Assembly (NCBI GenBank): GCA_017444645.1
Contig: JAFSWG010000033.1
Location: forward strand, 3,267 to 67,266
Source of the DNA: Acholeplasmatales bacterium
GTDB taxonomy: Bacteria > Bacillota_I > Bacilli_A > Acholeplasmatales > Anaeroplasmataceae
Length of the DNA: 64,000 nt
Reading direction: 5' to 3'
Shown: one piece after another, positions 48,648 through 58,304 of the stretch
Numbering within the stretch: the first letter of the stretch is position 1
How the letters are laid out: every line of letters starts with the position of its first letter
Notes under the pieces: model-generated
What the model saw: the letters and a program-made list of their open reading frames with translations, nothing else
What the model was told of the DNA's origin: nothing
Database searches by the model: none
Position numbers and translations under genes: made by a program

Positions 48648-49866
48648 TTGGTATTTCTACTTCATAATATGTTCCATTTGATTCATAATTTCTTTTACTA
48701 ATCTGACATTTTTCTTCAATTAGATTAGCTAAATCTCCTTTATTATAAGGAATTAATAATCTAGCTGATATAAATGATGGAGATATTTCTTCTAATATTG
48801 TATTTAATAATAAATCAATATTTTGTTTAGTTTTATTAGAATATCTAATAGATTTATAACCCGGTGTATCTATATATTCACTAATAGTTTTATCCCATTT
48901 ATTTAATAAAAATATTTGAGGTATATGGCTTGCTCCAATAGAATGTAATACTTCCATAACAACATTAATTTGCTGATTTAAGTAATTTGTAGATGTGTCT
49001 ACAACATGAATAATGAAATCAGCATTTTTTATTTCTTGTAATGTGTTATAGAAAGAATTTACTAAATTATGGGGTAATTTAGATACAAATCCAATTGTAT
49101 CTACTAACATGAAATTAACCTTGTTATATGTTATTTTTCTATTATATGTAAATAAAGTAGAGAATAACTGGTCCTTAGCATATACATCCTTAGTTTCATC
49201 AGTTTCATTTTTCTTTGTATATTCTAATATAGAATTCATAGTAGTAGATTTACCAGCATTTGTATATCCTACTAAAGCAACAATAGGTATTTCGTTTCTT
49301 TTTCTTTTTTCTATTTGGTTTTCTTTCATCTTCTTAACTGCGATTAATTCATCTCTTAAATGATTAATTTCAGACATTAAATGACGTCTATCTAATTCTC
49401 TTTGTGTTTCACCAGCACCACGAGTAGCAGTAGATGCACCACCACCAATACGAGATTCTTTTTCTCTTAGATATTGAATTCTTGGCAATAAATACATATC
49501 TTTAGCTAATTTGATTTCTAACTTTGATTCTCTTGATTGAGCTCTTAATTCAAATATTTTTAATATTAAGTAGCTTCTATCTAATACTTCAATTTTTAAT
49601 TCATCTGATATATTTCTTAATTGAGCAGGTGATAATTCATCGTTAAAGATTACCATATCAGCATTAGAACCAACGATATTTAATAAAATTTCTTGAATCT
49701 TACCTTTACCTACATAGGTTGCAGGATTTGGAGAATCTAGCTGTTGGCTTATTTTTCCAACTATTTCTATATCTAAGGAATTAGCTAGATTTTCTAATTC
49801 ATCTAATGAATATTCTATATCATATCTATCATATTTAGTTGTAACACCTACAAGCAATGCCTTCAT
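48595..49866 (-). CDS. hflX: Ribosome-splitting GTPase HflX
   Basis: ELSPAQLRN, RGAGETQRELDRR, VGYTNAGKST, DTIGFV, NKWD; GGAGG RBS before ATG 49866. Confidence 0.97.
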   Translation of the reverse strand: MKALLVGVTTKYDRYDIEYSLDELENLANSLDIEIVGKISQQLDSPNPATYVGKGKIQEILLNIVGSNADMVIFNDELSPAQLRNISDELKIEVLDRSYLILKIFELRAQSRESKLEIKLAKDMYLLPRIQYLREKESRIGGGASTATRGAGETQRELDRRHLMSEINHLRDELIAVKKMKENQIEKRKRNEIPIVALVGYTNAGKSTTMNSILEYTKKNETDETKDVYAKDQLFSTLFTYNRKITYNKVNFMLVDTIGFVSKLPHNLVNSFYNTLQEIKNADFIIHVVDTSTNYLNQQINVVMEVLHSIGASHIPQIFLLNKWDKTISEYIDTPGYKSIRYSNKTKQNIDLLLNTILEEISPSFISARLLIPYNKGDLANLIEEKCQISKRNYESNGTYYEVEIPKKIYPLLSEYDLDTLVS

Positions 49867-49987
49867 TAATATCACCTCCATTATTATAACAATTTAGATA
49901 AAACAAATAAAGTTGAAAATGAATTAAAAATAAACTATAATAAGGTTGTGATTAATTACAATTTGAAAGGTTATATAAGGTAGTATT

Positions 49988-50830
49988 ATGGTTAAAATTA
50001 TTACTGATTCAACATGTGATTTAACAGAAGAATTAATTAAGAAAAATAATATAGAGGTTTTACCTTTATATGTTAATTTTGGGCAAGAAACATTTAAAGA
50101 TGGTGTAGAGATTAATACACCTAAATTATATGAAGAAGTAGAAAAAAGAAAAGCATTACCAAAAACATCAGCTATTTCAGCATTAGAATTAGAAGAATCT
50201 TTTAGAAAATGGACTGATATGGGTTATGAAGTTGTTTATACCGGTATTTCAGGACAAATGTCTTCAACACTTCAAAATGCTAGATTAGCAGCAAAAGAAA
50301 TTGGAGAAGATAAGGTATTCGCAGTTGATTCTAAAAATTTATCAACAGGTATTTCTTTACTTGTATTAAAAGCATGTAAGGATAGAGATGCTGGCTTATC
50401 TGCAAAAGAGATTGCCGCTAATATGGAAAAGAATGCTGAAAAGGTTTATACTCAATTCGTTATTGAGACAATGGAATATTTACATAAGGGTGGTAGATGT
50501 TCTGGTATTGCTAGATTTGCAGCAACAGTACTTAGAATTAAGCCAATTATTCAAGTAAGAGAAGGAAAGATGAGTGTTCAACAAAAGCCAATTGGTAAAA
50601 CAAAGGTTGCTTTAGATAGAATGCTTGATCAAATAAGAGGAGATAAGGATAGATTAGATCCTGATTGTATTTTTATTACTCATTCAATCGCTACTGAATC
50701 TGCAGCATATTTAAATGAAATGCTAAAAAAAGAATTCCCTGGTGTACCAATTTATGAAACAATGGCTGGATGTGTTATTTCATCACATTGTGGTAGAGGT
50801 TGCATCGGAATCTTATATATGGTAAAGTAG
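49988..50830 (+). CDS. DegV/FakB family fatty-acid-binding protein
   Basis: IITDSTCDL, PKTS, ISGQMSST, YLHKGGR, IKPII, VISSHCG. Confidence 0.95.
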   Translation: MVKIITDSTCDLTEELIKKNNIEVLPLYVNFGQETFKDGVEINTPKLYEEVEKRKALPKTSAISALELEESFRKWTDMGYEVVYTGISGQMSSTLQNARLAAKEIGEDKVFAVDSKNLSTGISLLVLKACKDRDAGLSAKEIAANMEKNAEKVYTQFVIETMEYLHKGGRCSGIARFAATVLRIKPIIQVREGKMSVQQKPIGKTKVALDRMLDQIRGDKDRLDPDCIFITHSIATESAAYLNEMLKKEFPGVPIYETMAGCVISSHCGRGCIGILYMVK

Positions 50831-50888
50831 TTAAAAATTAAATATTTAACAAATTGAAGGTCTTATTATAAAATTTTTTTAAAAAATA

Positions 50889-50917
50889 TTGAAAATAAGA
50901 CCTTTTTTTAATATAAT
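50889..50917 (+). promoter_or_regulatory. Sigma-A promoter of yebC
   Basis: TTGAAA 50889-50894, 17 nt, TATAAT 50912-50917. Confidence 0.65.
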
Positions 50918-50959
50918 ATTCGAGTAATATTTATCTTAAATTGAAAGGTTGTGTTGATT

Positions 50960-51694
50960 ATGGGAAGAGCCCATGAAGTACGTGCAGCATCAATGGCAAA
51001 GACTGCTGCTATGAAATCTAGTAAATATGCTAAATGGGGAAAGGAAATCTTTGCTGCTGCAAAGGCTGGAGTACCTGACCCTGATATGAATCAAGGATTA
51101 AAGAACGTTATTGCTCGTGCAAAGAAGGATCAAGTTCCTGCAGATGTAATTAAGCGTGCAATTGAAAAGGCAGCTGGTGTTAAATCAGGTGCTACAAAAG
51201 AAAAATCATACGAAGGTATGGGCCCAGGAAATGTTGCTGTTATCGTTAACTGCTTAACTGATAATGATAACCGTACATTTACAGAAGTTCGTACAGCATT
51301 CAATAAGACTGGTGGAACAATTGGTCAAGCTGTTGGCTATTTATTTAGCAAGAAGGCTGTTTTCGAATTTGAAGGAATGTCTGAAGATGAAGTATTAGAA
51401 GCTCTAATGATGGGTGAAAATGCTGATTATGAGGATTTAACAGTTGATGAGGATGGATTTGTTAAAATCACTGCTCAACCTGAATCATTCGAAGGAATTA
51501 AGGCAGCAATTTTAGCTGTTAAGCCAGATCTTGAATTTGAAACTGCATCATGTGATTTAGTTCCATCTAGCTATGTAGATTTAGATGAAGATCATCTTGG
51601 AAAATTCAAGAGATTACTAGAAGCTTTAGCTGAGTATGATGATGTTGATGAAGTAATTCATAACGCTAATTTACCAGCAGAAGACGAAGAATAA
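50960..51694 (+). CDS. YebC/PmpR family protein
   Basis: MGRAH, PDPDMN, IKRAIEKA, YEGMGPG, CLTDNDNRT, DDVDEVIHN. Confidence 0.95.
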   Translation: MGRAHEVRAASMAKTAAMKSSKYAKWGKEIFAAAKAGVPDPDMNQGLKNVIARAKKDQVPADVIKRAIEKAAGVKSGATKEKSYEGMGPGNVAVIVNCLTDNDNRTFTEVRTAFNKTGGTIGQAVGYLFSKKAVFEFEGMSEDEVLEALMMGENADYEDLTVDEDGFVKITAQPESFEGIKAAILAVKPDLEFETASCDLVPSSYVDLDEDHLGKFKRLLEALAEYDDVDEVIHNANLPAEDEE

Positions 51695-51701
51695 AAATCA
51701 T

Positions 51702-51725
51702 AGGAAGCCTGGTGGCTTCCTTTGT
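51702..51725 (+). terminator. Intrinsic terminator
   Basis: AGGAAGCC-tggt-GGCTTCCT then TTGTT. Confidence 0.75.
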
Positions 51726-51743
51726 TCGTTTTAGGAGATTTGT

Positions 51744-52241
51744 ATGAAAGTCGTAATAGAACCAGATCATTTTAATAGAACTTTAAAAAGAATGACTCAT
51801 GAGATTATTGAAAGAAATGAAGATTTAACTAGAGTTATTTTAGTGGGAATAGAAAGAAAAGGAACACCTATAGCAAAAGAAATTGCATCTTTGATTTATC
51901 AATTTGAAGAAATAAATGTTCCTGTTGAATCTATTGATATTTCTTCACATCGTGATGATCATAAAAAGACATTAGAGAACACAACTAATTTTAAAACTAA
52001 TGTTGACGATAAAATTGTAATTCTTGTAGATGATGTTTTATATACAGGAAGAAGTGTACGTGCTGCAATGGACGCAATTATCGACATGGGTAGACCTGCT
52101 AAAATTGAACTTGCAATTTTAGTTGATAGAGGACATAGAGAATTACCTATTAGAGCTGATTTTGTAGGTAAATCAATTCCTACAAGTAAAGATGAAAAAG
52201 TTATTTGTGATTTTAACGAAAGACAAATAATCATAAAGTAA
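51744..52241 (+). CDS. pyrR: PyrR bifunctional attenuation regulator / uracil phosphoribosyltransferase
   Basis: RMTHEIIERN, ILVDDVLYTGRSVRAAMDA, LVDRGHRELPIRADFVGK. Confidence 0.95.
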   Translation: MKVVIEPDHFNRTLKRMTHEIIERNEDLTRVILVGIERKGTPIAKEIASLIYQFEEINVPVESIDISSHRDDHKKTLENTTNFKTNVDDKIVILVDDVLYTGRSVRAAMDAIIDMGRPAKIELAILVDRGHRELPIRADFVGKSIPTSKDEKVICDFNERQIIIK

Positions 52242-52354
52242 ACGTTTTCCTTTATTTTTTAAGTTTAAATAATATATTATTTATGATATTATTGTTGTAT
52301 ATCGTAAAAAAACAGTTGTTTTTGATAGAAAATCAAATCAGAAAGGAATAGTAT

Positions 52355-54019
52355 ATGCTAACTGATTTAGAAATTGCACAACAAGCTGATATTAAGCCTG
52401 TTAAAGAAATTGCTAAAAAATTAAATATTAATGAGGATGACCTAGAGTTTTATGGAAAATATAAAGCTAAGGTAGATCCTGTTTCTATTAAAGGTGAGGA
52501 AAAAGGAAAAGTAATATTAGTTACTGCGATTTCACCTACACCAGCAGGTGAAGGTAAATCCACAACAACTATAGGACTTTCAGATGCCTTAAATAGCTTA
52601 AATTATAAGACAGTTGTTGCCTTACGTGAACCATCATTCGGACCTGTAATGGGTGTAAAGGGTGGAGCTGCAGGTGGAGGATATGCTCAAGTAATACCTA
52701 TGGAAGATATTAATTTACATTTCACAGGTGACTTACACGCAATCACTACTGCAAATAACGCAATCGCATCAATGATTGATAATCATATTCACCAAGGCAA
52801 TGAACTTGGAATTGATCCAACGAGAATAATTTGGCATAGATGCTTAGATATGAATGATAGAGCATTAAGAAGTGTAATTGTAGGACTTGGTGGTACATCT
52901 AATGGTCAACCTAGAGAAGATCATTTTGATATTACAGTTGCATCTGAAGTAATGGCTGTATTATGCTTATCTACATCATTAGAAGATTTTAAAGCAAGAA
53001 TTGCTAGAATGGTTGTTGCATATACATACGATAAAAAGCCAGTTACAGTTAATGATTTAAAAGCAACTGGTGCAGTAGCATTAATAATGAAGGATGCCTT
53101 AAAGCCTAATTTAGTTCAAACATTAGAACATAATCCTGCATTTATTCATGGTGGACCATTCGCTAATATAGCTCATGGTTGTAATTCAGTTTTGGCTACA
53201 AAAACAGCAATGAAGTTAGCAGATTATGTAGTTACTGAAGCAGGATTTGGTGCTGATTTAGGTGCTGAGAAATTCTTAGATATTAAATGTAGACAAACTG
53301 GTATTAAGCCATCTTGTGTTGTTATAGTTGCGACTATTCGTGCTTTAAAAATGCATGGTGGAGTATTAAAAGAAAATTTAAAAGATGAAAATGTTGATGC
53401 TTTAATGAAAGGTATTTGTAACCTTGAAAAGCATATTGAGAATATAAAGAAATATAATTTACCTTATGTTGTAGCAATTAATAAATTCTACACGGATACA
53501 AATGCTGAAATTGAAGCTTTAGAAAATTGGGCTTCTAAAAATAACCACCCTATTTCATTATCAGAAGTATTTACTAATGGTGGAAAAGGTGGAGTTGATT
53601 TAGCTAAAAAGGTTATTGATGAAATCAAGAATCACGATGGTAGTAAAACATTTAAGCTATTATATGATGAAAATGATTCAATCAAAAATAAAATTGAAAC
53701 AATTGCTAAAGAGATTTATGGTGCTGGAAATGTTGAATTCTCTAGCCTTGCTAAAACTCAAATTAAGCAATTAAAGAAATATGGTTGGGATAACTTGCCA
53801 GTATGTATGGCAAAGACTCAATATTCGTTCTCAGATAACCCTAAATTATTAGGTAGACCTGAAGGATTTACATTAACAATTAGAGAACTTAAGCCATCAA
53901 TCGGAGCTGGCTTTATTGTTGCGTTAACTGGAGATATTATGACTATGCCTGGTCTTCCAAAGGAACCAGCTGCAGAGAAGATGGATATAATCAACGGAAA
54001 GACTGTTGGTTTATTCTAA
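52355..54019 (+). CDS. fhs: Formate--tetrahydrofolate ligase
   Basis: [42 protein letters not shown]. Confidence 0.98.
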   Translation: MLTDLEIAQQADIKPVKEIAKKLNINEDDLEFYGKYKAKVDPVSIKGEEKGKVILVTAISPTPAGEGKSTTTIGLSDALNSLNYKTVVALREPSFGPVMGVKGGAAGGGYAQVIPMEDINLHFTGDLHAITTANNAIASMIDNHIHQGNELGIDPTRIIWHRCLDMNDRALRSVIVGLGGTSNGQPREDHFDITVASEVMAVLCLSTSLEDFKARIARMVVAYTYDKKPVTVNDLKATGAVALIMKDALKPNLVQTLEHNPAFIHGGPFANIAHGCNSVLATKTAMKLADYVVTEAGFGADLGAEKFLDIKCRQTGIKPSCVVIVATIRALKMHGGVLKENLKDENVDALMKGICNLEKHIENIKKYNLPYVVAINKFYTDTNAEIEALENWASKNNHPISLSEVFTNGGKGGVDLAKKVIDEIKNHDGSKTFKLLYDENDSIKNKIETIAKEIYGAGNVEFSSLAKTQIKQLKKYGWDNLPVCMAKTQYSFSDNPKLLGRPEGFTLTIRELKPSIGAGFIVALTGDIMTMPGLPKEPAAEKMDIINGKTVGLF

Positions 54020-54045
54020 TAATGGAATTGTAAAGGAGATTAATT

Positions 54046-55770
54046 ATGGAATATGTTACAGGAAAAAGACAGGTTGTAATGAACTTTTCAGAGAAGTTCT
54101 GCAAAACTGAGGTTGAAGTTTTAAATTCAGATTGTTTCAAGGAAGTATGGACAAGATATGTTGAAGGCTTATATAAGTCTGAAAATCAAGCATTCTTACC
54201 AGTATTAAATATTTTCCCTAGAAACTCTGTTGTTGAATATACAACTAATTTGTTTAAATTATTATTTGCATTTGATATTGATGAAATCAAAGAAATGGAT
54301 AAGTTATATTCAAAAGCATTAGCTAAAAAGGATGTATTATATGATTTAGTTCAACATTTCTATGACTATTGGAGACGTTTAGAGCGTTATGCAGTAGTTT
54401 TAACAAGAAATGTTAAGGATGGTGTTGAATCTACATCATTTATTAATGCTCAAACTGAATTTAACAGTGTTGTTCTTTCCACATATAGAGGAGTATCAGA
54501 AAAATTATTTGGTGCTAAATTCTCAGTATATCGTCAACTTCCAGCTGGCGTTAATGCTGCATTATTATTATCAAAGAATGAATGGATGGATAAAGATTCT
54601 GAATATGCATTCTTAAAAAAATGTGATGCAATTGAACAAATTGTAATTCGTCCACCATTTATTTCATATTCAGCTAAGAATAAGAGAACTGGTACATATC
54701 CAGAAGCTAAGAAAAACCCAATGGATAGAATTAGAGATAACTTTGTAGCAAATGATTATTATTGTTATGCAGCTAAAGTAGGTTCTGCATTAGCTTATAT
54801 ATATTTCCATAGAGATTATATGGCTCATGGTATTACAATTGGAAATTTATTTGAATTCGTACCACTTGCTGCTTGTAAGGGTAAAAAACCAGATTTATTA
54901 TATGTATTCGGTGGAGAATATGATGGTGAATCAGAATTCTTCTATGATAAGAAAAATGATATTTATGTTGGTTTAGCACCACATAATGATTCAATTGATT
55001 ATTTTGGATATATGAAGAAAATGTTATTAACTTTATATAACACTAAGATGATTGATAATGGTAATTTACCTATCCATGGTGCATGTGTACATATCACATT
55101 AAAAGATGGTAGAACTAAGAATGTTGTTATCATGGGTGACTCTGGTGCAGGTAAGAGTGAGTCTTTAGAGGCTTTATCTGAAATGGCTGGAGATGATATT
55201 TCTTCACAATTAACTGTCTTTGATGATATGGGTACATTTAAGGTTGAAGATGGTAATGTTGTTGCTTACGGTACTGAAATTGGTGCATTCGTAAGAACTG
55301 ATGATATGACTGCAGGTTATGCATATCGTGAAATGGATAGAGCAATATTCATGAATCCTGATAAGCAAAATTCACGTTTAGTAATCCCAGTAGCTACATA
55401 CCCTCAAATCATGAAGGGATATAATGTAGATATGTATTTATATGCTAATAACTATGATCCTGATTGCGCTGACGCTGTTGAATTCTACAGTAATGCTGAA
55501 GAAGCTAAGCCTATTTTCATCCGTGGTGCACGTCGTGCAAAGGGAACTACTCAAGAAACTGGTATGACTGAATCATTCTTCGCTAATCCATTTGGACCTG
55601 TTCAAAGAGAAGAACAAACTAGAAAGATTATTGATAATGTATTCAATGCTTTAATTGCAAATGGTACTAAGGTTGGTGTGCTTCACACAAGATTAGCTGT
55701 TCCTGGAATGGAACATGATGGTCCTATGGAAGCTGCAAAGAGATTATTCGAATTATTAGAAGAGAAATAA
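54046..55770 (+). CDS. Phosphoenolpyruvate carboxykinase-like protein (divergent family)
   Basis: YFGYMKK, PIHGA, P-loop GDSGAGKSE, metal-binding [20 protein letters not shown]. Confidence 0.7.
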   Translation: MEYVTGKRQVVMNFSEKFCKTEVEVLNSDCFKEVWTRYVEGLYKSENQAFLPVLNIFPRNSVVEYTTNLFKLLFAFDIDEIKEMDKLYSKALAKKDVLYDLVQHFYDYWRRLERYAVVLTRNVKDGVESTSFINAQTEFNSVVLSTYRGVSEKLFGAKFSVYRQLPAGVNAALLLSKNEWMDKDSEYAFLKKCDAIEQIVIRPPFISYSAKNKRTGTYPEAKKNPMDRIRDNFVANDYYCYAAKVGSALAYIYFHRDYMAHGITIGNLFEFVPLAACKGKKPDLLYVFGGEYDGESEFFYDKKNDIYVGLAPHNDSIDYFGYMKKMLLTLYNTKMIDNGNLPIHGACVHITLKDGRTKNVVIMGDSGAGKSESLEALSEMAGDDISSQLTVFDDMGTFKVEDGNVVAYGTEIGAFVRTDDMTAGYAYREMDRAIFMNPDKQNSRLVIPVATYPQIMKGYNVDMYLYANNYDPDCADAVEFYSNAEEAKPIFIRGARRAKGTTQETGMTESFFANPFGPVQREEQTRKIIDNVFNALIANGTKVGVLHTRLAVPGMEHDGPMEAAKRLFELLEEK

Positions 55771-55774
55771 GATT

Positions 55775-56248
55775 ATGGCTATTAGAGTAGGAATAATAAT
55801 GGGATCTAATTCAGACTATGAAGTCATGAAAGATGCCTGTGATGTTTTAGATCAATTTGGTGTTGAGTATGAAAAAAGAGTTGTTTCAGCTCATAGAACT
55901 CCAGATTTAATGTATGAATATGCACATTCTGCTGAAGAAAGAGGCATTAAAGTAATTATTGCCGGAGCAGGAGGGGCAGCACATTTACCAGGTATGGTAG
56001 CTGCAATGACTACATTACCTGTAATTGGAGTACCAGTAAAATCTAGAGCTTTAAATGGTTTAGATTCTTTACTTTCAATCGTTCAAATGCCAGGAGGAGT
56101 ACCTGTTTTAACAGTTGCTATAAATGGTGCTAAAAATGCAGCTTTGTCTGCAGTTGCAATCTTAGCTACAAATGATAAAGATTTAAGCAAGAAGCTTAAA
56201 GAATTTAGACAAAATCAAACTGATACAGTTTTAAAAATTGAATTATAA
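55775..56248 (+). CDS. purE: N5-CAIR mutase
   Basis: [37 protein letters not shown]. Confidence 0.98.
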   Translation: MAIRVGIIMGSNSDYEVMKDACDVLDQFGVEYEKRVVSAHRTPDLMYEYAHSAEERGIKVIIAGAGGAAHLPGMVAAMTTLPVIGVPVKSRALNGLDSLLSIVQMPGGVPVLTVAINGAKNAALSAVAILATNDKDLSKKLKEFRQNQTDTVLKIEL

Positions 56249-56256
56249 TAACAATT

Positions 56257-56313
56257 AAGACCTTACCACAGCGTAAGGCCTTTTTTGACATTTAATCTGA
56301 TTTATGCTATACT
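56257..56313 (+). promoter_or_regulatory. Terminator after purE overlapping a sigma-A promoter for the lipoprotein gene
   Basis: CCTTAC...GTAAGG hairpin with T-run; TTGACA 56285-56290, 17 nt, TGcTATACT ending 56313. Confidence 0.72.
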
Positions 56314-56344
56314 TTTAATGTCATAAAACGAGGAGGAATTTAAT

Positions 56345-56899
56345 ATGAAGCTAAAAAACATGCTTTTACTTAGTGGAGTAGCTTTTTTAAGTGTTTTTGC
56401 TCTAGCATCTTGTGGAGGTTCTAATGCTACCTCAACTACAACTAATACAAATTCGACTACGACTACAACTCAAACTCAAAATGAAGAGAAGGATTTGTTA
56501 TTATTTGTTGACGACAATAATATTTACTATGATAAAAATATATTAGATTCAGAAGGTGTCACATTAAAAATCGATGATAAGACTGCTGTAGTAGGAAATA
56601 ATGCATTTACATCATCTTCAACAATTAAATTTGAAGGAACAACAGAAAATAAATTATATATCTATATGGTATGAATGACTAAAGATAATAATGAAGAATC
56701 ATATACATTCGCAATGTCATATGGATTAAATGCAAGTACTGCTGAAGGAATGAATGTAGCTACTAAAAAGCTTAAAACTTTAATGGCAAATAAAACAAAA
56801 GTATTTGTTTCAGTTTCAACTCGTGCAGATGATTGGAATAAAACATTATCATTAAAACTTAATAGTTATATTGAAAGAAATTCACAAGGTGGTTTTTAA
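56345..56899 (+). pseudogene. Lipoprotein gene interrupted by an in-frame TGA (56672-56674)
   Basis: Lipobox LASC, Thr-rich linker; second ORF starts in the same frame directly after TGA with no clear RBS. Confidence 0.62.
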
Positions 56900-56909
56900 T
56901 ATGAAATTT

Positions 56910-56945
56910 ATAGAGGATATTTCAAAAAGATATCCTCTATTTTTC
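56910..56945 (+). terminator. Intrinsic terminator after the lipoprotein gene
   Basis: ATAGAGGATAT...ATATCCTCTAT plus T-run. Confidence 0.85.
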
Positions 56946-57174
56946 TTTTATTTATAAATGTTTTTTTGTTTACTCTTAAAGTCTTTTATGTTAAAATATA
57001 CAATGTAGTTTTTAATAGAGCTCTAATAATAATATAATTATTATTAAGGGAAAATGAAAAAACTATAATATGATAAGAACTTGTCAGAGGATGAATCTAT
57101 GATTAATCAAATGATGCAAGTTAATAATTATCATAGACCATTAAAATATAATAATGGTTTTTTAAACGCGAATG

Positions 57175-57206
57175 AAGTGGCATTTTAAATGCTGCTTTTT
57201 TGTTTT
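57175..57206 (+). terminator. Terminator-like hairpin in the purK leader (possible attenuator)
   Basis: AAGTGGCATT-tta-AATGCTGCTT then TTTTGTTTT, just upstream of the purK RBS. Confidence 0.55.
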
Positions 57207-57220
57207 AATTGAGGTATTTT

Positions 57221-58303
57221 ATGAAGACAGTAGGAATTATTGGTGGTGGCCAGCTTGGAATGATGCTGGCAGAGGAAATTCATAATTTAGGTGCTAAAGC
57301 AGTTTGCTTAGATCCTAATCCTAAGTGTTCAGCAAGCTTTGTGTGCGATGATATCGTTGTATCAAAATACGATGATATAGAAGGATTAAAAAAACTTGGT
57401 GATATGTCAGATGTAATCACTTATGAATTTGAAAATGTACCATCTAAGCAACTTAAATTTTTGTTAGATACATACAATATCCCTCAAGGTATTCAACCAC
57501 TATTCGATTCTCAAAATAGAATTAGAGAAAAAGAAAATGCTAAAAAACATGGATTGAAAACTCCAATGTTTATGGCAATCAATTCTATGGATGATTTACT
57601 AAAGGGAATAAATGAAATCGGACTTCCATGTCTTTATAAAACAACTACCATGGGATACGATGGACATGGACAAGTACTTATTAAAACATTAAATGATGTT
57701 GAAAAAGTTAAACCATTCCTTGATGGTGAAGGTATTTTAGAAGAGTTTATAAAATATGATTTTGAAACATCAGTAATAATGGTTAGAAGTAAAGAAAAAA
57801 CAATTGTATTTCCAATGGGAATCAATAAGCATAAAAAAGGAATACTTGATGAAGTATTTGTTGATAAGCAATTAGCCGTATTTGAAAAAATAAAAAATGA
57901 TGCAATTCATTTTATGGAAAGCGCTGGGTATTTTGGAATTCTTTGTATAGAAATATTTGTTAAAGGAAATGATTATTTCTTTAATGAAATGGCTCCTAGA
58001 CCACATAACAGTGGACACTATACAATTGAAGGTTGTACAACAAATCAATATAGGGAACTTGCAAGATTCCTATTAAATATCCCTCTTGAAGAACCAAAAT
58101 TAAAATCACCGACTGTTATGAAAAACATTTTGGGATTCGATTACGAGAATATGAAGAAGTTAGAAAATAGTGATATAGTTCATATTCATGATTATTTCAA
58201 ATCAGAGGTTAGAGAAAAAAGAAAGATGGCTCATATAACATTTACTAATACGACACAAGATGAGTACATTGAAAAATATAAAAAATTATTTTGCGAGGAT
58301 TAA
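57221..58303 (+). CDS. purK: N5-CAIR synthetase
   Basis: GIIGGGQLGMML, TYEFENV, GYDGHGQ, NEMAPRPHNSGH, RKMAH. Confidence 0.97.
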   Translation: MKTVGIIGGGQLGMMLAEEIHNLGAKAVCLDPNPKCSASFVCDDIVVSKYDDIEGLKKLGDMSDVITYEFENVPSKQLKFLLDTYNIPQGIQPLFDSQNRIREKENAKKHGLKTPMFMAINSMDDLLKGINEIGLPCLYKTTTMGYDGHGQVLIKTLNDVEKVKPFLDGEGILEEFIKYDFETSVIMVRSKEKTIVFPMGINKHKKGILDEVFVDKQLAVFEKIKNDAIHFMESAGYFGILCIEIFVKGNDYFFNEMAPRPHNSGHYTIEGCTTNQYRELARFLLNIPLEEPKLKSPTVMKNILGFDYENMKKLENSDIVHIHDYFKSEVREKRKMAHITFTNTTQDEYIEKYKKLFCED

Positions 58304-58304
58304 T

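Noticed and set aside
56428-56478. ACT/ACA-rich Thr tract as a phase-variable repeat
   Set aside because: Codons are mixed rather than a perfect tandem repeat; an ordinary lipoprotein linker.
57076-57096. GTCAGAGGATG as a PyrR-binding loop or known riboswitch core
   Set aside because: Lacks the ARUCC-NGNGAGGYU consensus and supporting stem; no purine, ZTP or ykkC motifs found.
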